Assembly (NCBI GenBank): GCA_903912365.1
Contig: CAIWGV010000035.1
Span: forward strand, 1 to 58,373
Length of the DNA stretch: 58,373 nucleotides
Direction of reading: 5' to 3'
DNA from: an uncultured Alphaproteobacteria bacterium
GTDB taxonomy: Bacteria; Pseudomonadota; Alphaproteobacteria; UBA7879; UBA5542
Positions 53,638 through 58,373 of this stretch are shown in pieces. The first letter of the stretch is position 1. The number at the start of each line of letters is the position of its first letter. The notes under the pieces were generated by a model. It worked only from the letters and a program-made list of their open reading frames with translations. It did not search any database and was not told where the DNA came from. A program made the translations under genes and the position numbers.

Positions 53638-54570
53638 TTATTTCTGTAAATTTGCCACCTCAGCTGCAAAATCTTCTTCTCCCTTATCGATGCCTTCTCC
53701 CAAAGCAAAGCGTACAAACCCTGCAAGCTCAATGGGAGCTCCCAGTTTTTTTCCGTGATCTTCGATGATCTGCTTCACTTTACTATCCGGCGCCATGATA
53801 AAGGACTGCTCCATCAGAACAACTTCTTCATAAAGCTTCCGAAGCCCTCCTTCAATCATCTTTTCGATAACCGCTTCAGGCTTTCCAGAGGCTCGCGCTT
53901 TTTCCGAAAGGACTTTCTTTTCACGCTCTACAAAAGATGTCTCAAGCTCGGAAACATGAACGGCCTGGGGATTTGTCGCAGCCACATGCATGGCTATCTG
54001 ACGGCCCAAAGCCTCTAATTCTTGTTTATCTGCCTTGGATTCTAAAGCAACAATAACACCGATGCGGCCTAGACCTGGCATCAATGCTCCGTGCATATAT
54101 CCAACAACAACTCCGGAAGAAACCTCAAGGCGTGCCGCCCGACGGAAATTCATATTTTCACCCACAAGAGAGATCAAATGCTTAAGCTCTTCCCCTATTG
54201 TGCGCCCTGTGTCTTGACCATAAGCACTTTCTGAAAACCCAGCAAAGTCTCCCTTATAGGCAGTGGCTAGATTCACCACTTCTCCGACAAAATTTTGGAA
54301 TTTATCATTACGTGCGACGAAATCTGTTTCTGCATTAACTTCCACAACAGCCCCAACGGTCCCCTGCACATTAATGCCCACGAGACCTTCTGCAGTCACA
54401 CGCCCTGCTTTTTTAGCAGCGGCCGCAAGACCTTTTTGGCGAAGCCAATCAACCGCCTGCTCTAGATCTCCCTGGACTTCGCCCAGAGCTCTTTTGCAGT
54501 CCATCATGCCAGCGCCCGTACGATCACGCAGTTCTTTTACGAGAGAAGCTGTAATTTCCACCATCGACAT
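53638..54570 (-). CDS. tsf: translation elongation factor Ts
   Basis: 310 aa. ITASLVKELRDRTGAGMMDCKRAL N-terminal UBA-like motif. Confidence 0.95.
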   Translation of the reverse strand: MSMVEITASLVKELRDRTGAGMMDCKRALGEVQGDLEQAVDWLRQKGLAAAAKKAGRVTAEGLVGINVQGTVGAVVEVNAETDFVARNDKFQNFVGEVVNLATAYKGDFAGFSESAYGQDTGRTIGEELKHLISLVGENMNFRRAARLEVSSGVVVGYMHGALMPGLGRIGVIVALESKADKQELEALGRQIAMHVAATNPQAVHVSELETSFVEREKKVLSEKARASGKPEAVIEKMIEGGLRKLYEEVVLMEQSFIMAPDSKVKQIIEDHGKKLGAPIELAGFVRFALGEGIDKGEEDFAAEVANLQK

Positions 54571-54573
54571 CTC

Positions 54574-55398
54574 CTATATTTCTGCAGATTGCTCGGGAGC
54601 CAAGGAGGCCTCTTCTACGATCGCCATTTCTGCCGCAAGAACTTCCAACTCAGGAACTACATCCACAAGAGCCTCTTCAGAGGCCCCCAGATCCGCTCCT
54701 GATGCCACAACCTCTGCCTGCAGTCCTTTCAGAACCGCCGAAACAACCAGCTGACAATACAAATCAATAGCACGACTAGAGTCATCGTTTCCAGGAATTG
54801 GGTAAGCGATCTTATCGGGACATGAGTTACTGTCCAGAATAGCGACAACGGGGATCCCCAATTTGTACGCTTCTTCCACTGCTAAATCTTCTTTGTTTGT
54901 ATCAATGATAAATACCATGTTTGGTCGGCCGCCCATGGAGCGAATCCCTCCCAAAACCCGATCCAACTTATCCTTCTCGCGCATCAATCGCAGATATTCC
55001 TTCTTTGTAATCCCTGCGCCTTCCTTTGCAATCTGGTCTTCGATCTCTGTCAAACGCTTAATTGACTTAGAAATTGTCTGCCAGTTTGTCAGCATTCCCC
55101 CCAGCCAACGGTGATTAACATAATACTGTCCGCATGCCTGGGCTGCCTCTGCAATCTTCTGAGACGCTTGTCTTTTGCTTCCCACAAACAAAATACGCCC
55201 TCCCTTAGAGACCGTCTCTGTGATGGCGGCTAATGCCTGGTGAAGCAAGGGCATTGTCTGTTGTAAGTCAATGATGTGAACTTTGTTTCTGATCCCAAAC
55301 AAATAAGGATCCATTTTTGGGTTCCAACGACGAGGGTCGTGACCAAAGTGAACTCCAGCTTCAAGCAACTGGCGCATTGTAAAATCTACTTGTGACAT
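54574..55398 (-). CDS. rpsB: 30S ribosomal protein S2
   Basis: 274 aa. [14 protein letters not shown]-terminus and an acidic C-terminal tail. Confidence 0.95.
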   Translation of the reverse strand: MSQVDFTMRQLLEAGVHFGHDPRRWNPKMDPYLFGIRNKVHIIDLQQTMPLLHQALAAITETVSKGGRILFVGSKRQASQKIAEAAQACGQYYVNHRWLGGMLTNWQTISKSIKRLTEIEDQIAKEGAGITKKEYLRLMREKDKLDRVLGGIRSMGGRPNMVFIIDTNKEDLAVEEAYKLGIPVVAILDSNSCPDKIAYPIPGNDDSSRAIDLYCQLVVSAVLKGLQAEVVASGADLGASEEALVDVVPELEVLAAEMAIVEEASLAPEQSAEI

Positions 55399-55615
55399 CT
55401 TCTTTCTTCCTTTTCCGGTTACTCCGCCGTAGAATCATGTGCAATCCCTTTTCAGGAACACCGGACAGGTCCAAAAACCCTCAATCCTACGTGCGTAATT
55501 AAAAATTGGCCTTTCAGCCCTCCAAAGGATATACTCTCCTTAAGAGGAAATTTCAAGTGAATTCCTTGACTTTGGATTGTTTTTCGGTAGAATTTTCTAA
55601 AATTGGATAAAAAAC

Positions 55616-56494
55616 ATGGCTATAAAGAAAAAAAGTCTCTCCCTTACAATTCTCTCCCTTATTTTTCTAGGAGGGCTGGTGGGCGTCTATCAGTATTATG
55701 CAAAGAAGGGCTTTTTTGCCACTGAAATGCTCAGTGAAAATGAAATTTTGACTCCCACTTCCTATGATTTTTCCATCATTACCCTTAAAAACACCCCCGC
55801 AAATGTAACCATCACAAGGACCGGGGACTGGCGTCCTGGAATCACAAAAACCTTGATGAAATTTGTCACCACGGGCTCTAAAGTTCTGCATCTCGGCGCC
55901 AACATAGGTTTTGAAGATGTGATTATCGGAAGGCTGGTAAGCCCTGATGGGGCTGTATATACCTTTGAGCCTAACCCGGAAGTATTGGGAACACTGAAAA
56001 AAAATATTCTTCTAAACAAATTGGATAGTGTCGTCCAGGTTTTCCCCATGGCAACCGCTGCTGAAAAAGGGATCTCCACGCTTTGTTTCGGGGAAGTGGA
56101 CCCTCAGCAGGAACCTCCGCAAAAATGTCATCAAATCGGCCTGGTGAAATTAGATGACCTGGAACTTCCAAATATGGATTTTATTTTAATGGATATTGAA
56201 GGCTCAGAGATTGACTCCCTTCAAGGAGCTCAAGATCTCCTCAAAAGATCCGGCTACCCCCCCATTCTTATGACCTGGGACCCCCAGATGATGGAAACAA
56301 AGGGAACCTCTCCCAAGGATTTCTTATATTCTGCTCAGGACCAGGGATATATGCCCCATAAGGTGAAGATGAATAAAGATGATGGGATATGGATGCTTGT
56401 TCCTATTAAGTACGAGGAATTGGAGGAAACAAGATCCTCTGAGATTGTTCTCTTCTCGAAGGTTGCCGCTGATACCAGCATTTCTCTGTCCTGA
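55616..56494 (+). CDS. FkbM-family methyltransferase with N-terminal membrane anchor
   Basis: 292 aa. SAM motif KVLHLGANIGF and the FkbM-type MDIEGSE motif. Confidence 0.7.
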   Translation: MAIKKKSLSLTILSLIFLGGLVGVYQYYAKKGFFATEMLSENEILTPTSYDFSIITLKNTPANVTITRTGDWRPGITKTLMKFVTTGSKVLHLGANIGFEDVIIGRLVSPDGAVYTFEPNPEVLGTLKKNILLNKLDSVVQVFPMATAAEKGISTLCFGEVDPQQEPPQKCHQIGLVKLDDLELPNMDFILMDIEGSEIDSLQGAQDLLKRSGYPPILMTWDPQMMETKGTSPKDFLYSAQDQGYMPHKVKMNKDDGIWMLVPIKYEELEETRSSEIVLFSKVAADTSISLS

Positions 56495-56496
56495 GG

Positions 56497-56571
56497 TGGT
56501 GGGCGTAACCGGGATTGAACCGATGACCCCTACGATGTCAACGTAGTGCTCTACCGCTGAGCTATACGCCC
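56497..56571 (-). tRNA. tRNA-Val (GAC)
   Basis: The reverse complement is GGGCGTA-TA-GCTC..GAGC-A-CTACG-TTGACAT-CGTAG-GGGTC-ATCGG-TTCAATC-CCGGT-TACGCCC-A-CCA. Confidence 0.92.
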
Positions 56572-56612
56572 CTAAACCAACTCAACTATAGCCGACATTT
56601 AAATCTGTCTAG

Positions 56613-57368
56613 CTATGCTCCTCGAGTATTCTTTAGCCGCTCTTTGGCTATTTCCTGCCGGAAGCCCTCAAAATCAAGAGCTCCTGGCACAATATTAGAC
56701 CCCACAATAAAGGTGGGTGTCGCCGCAATATCCAGAGAATGGGCAAGTGCCATAGTTTCTTGGACTTGCCGCTCAATCTCAAGACTCCCCATATCCCGTG
56801 AGAATTGATCCACATTTAACCTAAGCTTTCGAGCAATCTCAATGAGGCTCTCCGGAGATAATGTTTCCTCAGAATTCATAAGGACCGTATAAAAATCTTT
56901 ATACTTCCCTTGCCTGTGTGCTGCCAGTGCGGCTTTGGAAAGGGTTAAATCACCGAAGATGGGGAACTCTTTGTAAACAATTTTAATATTGGGGTCTGTG
57001 GCCACAAGCTTATCAAGAACGGGATTAACCCGACGACAATGACCACAATGATAATCAAAGAATGAGAAAATGGTCACATCGCCCCTAGGATTTCCCGAAA
57101 ATGGGGACTTAGAATCTCCCAAGAGCTCTTGGCGCTTGGATTTAATCTTATCTAATTTGGATCTAAGATCTGCATCTTCCTGATGTTTTTGGATGGTCTT
57201 CATGCCCTCAACCGCAATGGAAGCAACCACTTCTGGTTGTTTACTGAGTTCAGAATAGACCGTTTCCATGAGTCGTTCAGGAGACGGCCCTACGGTTGCT
57301 CGCCACAATGCCACACAGGAGAGAATGAAACTAGCCCCTAAAACAATAACAAACAATCTATTCCACAT
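56613..57368 (-). CDS. DsbA-family thiol:disulfide oxidoreductase
   Basis: 251 aa, N-terminal anchor. Thioredoxin-fold active site FDYHCGHCRR. Confidence 0.8.
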   Translation of the reverse strand: MWNRLFVIVLGASFILSCVALWRATVGPSPERLMETVYSELSKQPEVVASIAVEGMKTIQKHQEDADLRSKLDKIKSKRQELLGDSKSPFSGNPRGDVTIFSFFDYHCGHCRRVNPVLDKLVATDPNIKIVYKEFPIFGDLTLSKAALAAHRQGKYKDFYTVLMNSEETLSPESLIEIARKLRLNVDQFSRDMGSLEIERQVQETMALAHSLDIAATPTFIVGSNIVPGALDFEGFRQEIAKERLKNTRGA

Positions 57369-57450
57369 AAAACTTCCCTATGTTAAAAACTTGAAGAGCC
57401 CCATCCTAGCAAAAAAAAATATTTTTGCTAGCAGTTTATCAAACTCCCTT

Positions 57451-57879
57451 TTATTTAAAGATCGCCTGCTCGATGGAGTCTATGCTCTCGTTCACCAGGT
57501 CCTTATGGATTTCCTTGCTAATTTTCTGTTGCAAAGATTTACTTGCATGCTCTCTCAGGCACCCGAGCATTCTTGGCTCAGCCGTTATGATTAATTCATG
57601 GTAGTCAGATTTGTTCATAAGTAGTTTATCCAAATACTCACAAATCAGCTTGGCGGCGCTCTGATGATCAAGGTCCACAGGCATCGTGTGAGGAGCCGCG
57701 GCGGAAACATTGTATCCATCTGCTCCATAGGACCCATGTCCTTTTTCGGGCCTTTTATGATGAGTGAATGGAAGATCTACTGGAGTTGGACCAGCGGTGA
57801 TCTTTAGTCCATCTGCCTCGTAAAGCATAAGATGGCGGGAATCCGTAACGGCAATTAGTTTCTTGAACTGACTTTTCAT
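57451..57879 (-). CDS. host-attachment-protein family protein
   Basis: The start is at ATG 57877-57879 (MKSQFKKLIAVTDSRHLMLYE...). ELIITAEPRMLGCLRE...KEIHKDL matches the Host_attach family pattern. The ORF-track extension to 58059 runs into rpmJ. Confidence 0.6.
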   Translation of the reverse strand: MKSQFKKLIAVTDSRHLMLYEADGLKITAGPTPVDLPFTHHKRPEKGHGSYGADGYNVSAAAPHTMPVDLDHQSAAKLICEYLDKLLMNKSDYHELIITAEPRMLGCLREHASKSLQQKISKEIHKDLVNESIDSIEQAIFK

Positions 57880-57988
57880 TTGAACCCTCTCATAAATGAT
57901 CTTAGGAAGGATTGTATTAGCTAGGGGGTTAGAAAGCAAGACATTAGGCAAGCAGAAAGACACTGACCCCGAATAAAGTAGCTGGAAA

Positions 57989-58114
57989 TTAACCCTGACG
58001 TGCCTTAAAACGAGGTTTAAGCTTGTTGATAACGTAGAGGCGTCCCTTGCGGCGCACAATGCGGCAATTTTTGTCGCGAGCTTTCGCGGATTTTAAAGAA
58101 CTCAAAACTTTCAT
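57989..58114 (-). CDS. rpmJ: 50S ribosomal protein L36
   Basis: A 41-aa ORF not in the track (<60 aa): [41 protein letters not shown], the classic L36 sequence. Confidence 0.9.
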   Translation of the reverse strand: MKVLSSLKSAKARDKNCRIVRRKGRLYVINKLKPRFKARQG

Positions 58115-58210
58115 TTTCTTTACCTAAAATTAATGACCCATATATACCAAGCCCTGACGCGTGTGTCAACATCCCTGTTTAATACTGTATAGGTTCACAA
58201 CATATGAGAC

Positions 58211-58373
58211 TCAAGCAGCGACCTTGAGGACAGAGTTAATGTACTCCAAAGGGGTGAGGCCTTTCAAGGAATTATGAGGTCTGTAGGCGTTATATTTTTG
58301 GAGAGCCTTTTTAAGGTCAAGGCGTAACGCCCCAATAGAATCAGCAAGAATGTCCTTTCTGGCATAGAACTCC
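58211..58373 (-). mobile_element. 3' end of an IS transposase gene (rve/DDE integrase-core C-terminus), truncated by the window edge
   Basis: The reverse strand reads ...EFYARKDILADSIGALRLDLKKALQKYNAYRPHNSLKGLTPLEYINSVLKVAA*. The YNxxRPHxSLxGxTPxEY motif is typical of IS481/IS3-type transposases. Confidence 0.7.

Overview
This 58.4-kb chromosomal segment has alphaproteobacterial gene order. An intracellular or amoeba-symbiont lifestyle is my inference from the lpxI-type lipid A cluster, an ankyrin protein and a giant coiled-coil secreted protein. All family calls come from motif recognition by eye; no searches were run.

Core housekeeping blocks:
- lexA-like and dnaB
- tRNA-His, mtaB and ftsY
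- prfB with its +1 frameshift
- a YejA-like binding protein, a LysR regulator and pepP
- ddpX, tRNA-Pro and tRNA-Arg
- trpS, murJ, mlaC and mlaA
- the long minus-strand cluster rpsB-tsf-pyrH-frr-uppS-cdsA-rseP-bamA-skp-lpxD-fabZ-lpxA-lpxI-lpxB
- tRNA-Val, a dsbA-like gene, rpmJ and a truncated IS transposase at the right edge

The stand-out is a ~16.8-kb integrated island (18554-35435) in the 3' end of the initiator tRNA-Met gene, bounded by a perfect 54-bp direct repeat. It carries:
- a P4-type integrase flanked by phased TTGCCGCA repeats
- a G+C-richer AlpA/RepA-like module followed by a GCGACA iteron-like array
- a secreted ankyrin-repeat protein
- a TraD-like remnant
- a run of defence-like cargo

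The defence-like cargo comprises an ATPase-wHTH-DUF234 protein behind a phased AGCCAAT operator array, two divergent metallophosphoesterases, a HipA kinase with a downstream overlapping HTH gene, and an OLD/PARIS-like ABC-ATPase-Toprim fusion. Three families of short repeats separate these cassettes, including an ~82-bp palindromic element present three times.

Outside the island, four things deserve a second look:
- a LexA homologue that has lost its catalytic Ser and its Ala-Gly cleavage site
- an orphan DUF4280 (PAAR-like) gene coupled to a SPOR-domain gene
- a 1141-aa coiled-coil secreted protein with FG-like repeats
- a secreted protein ending in a HicA-like toxin domain
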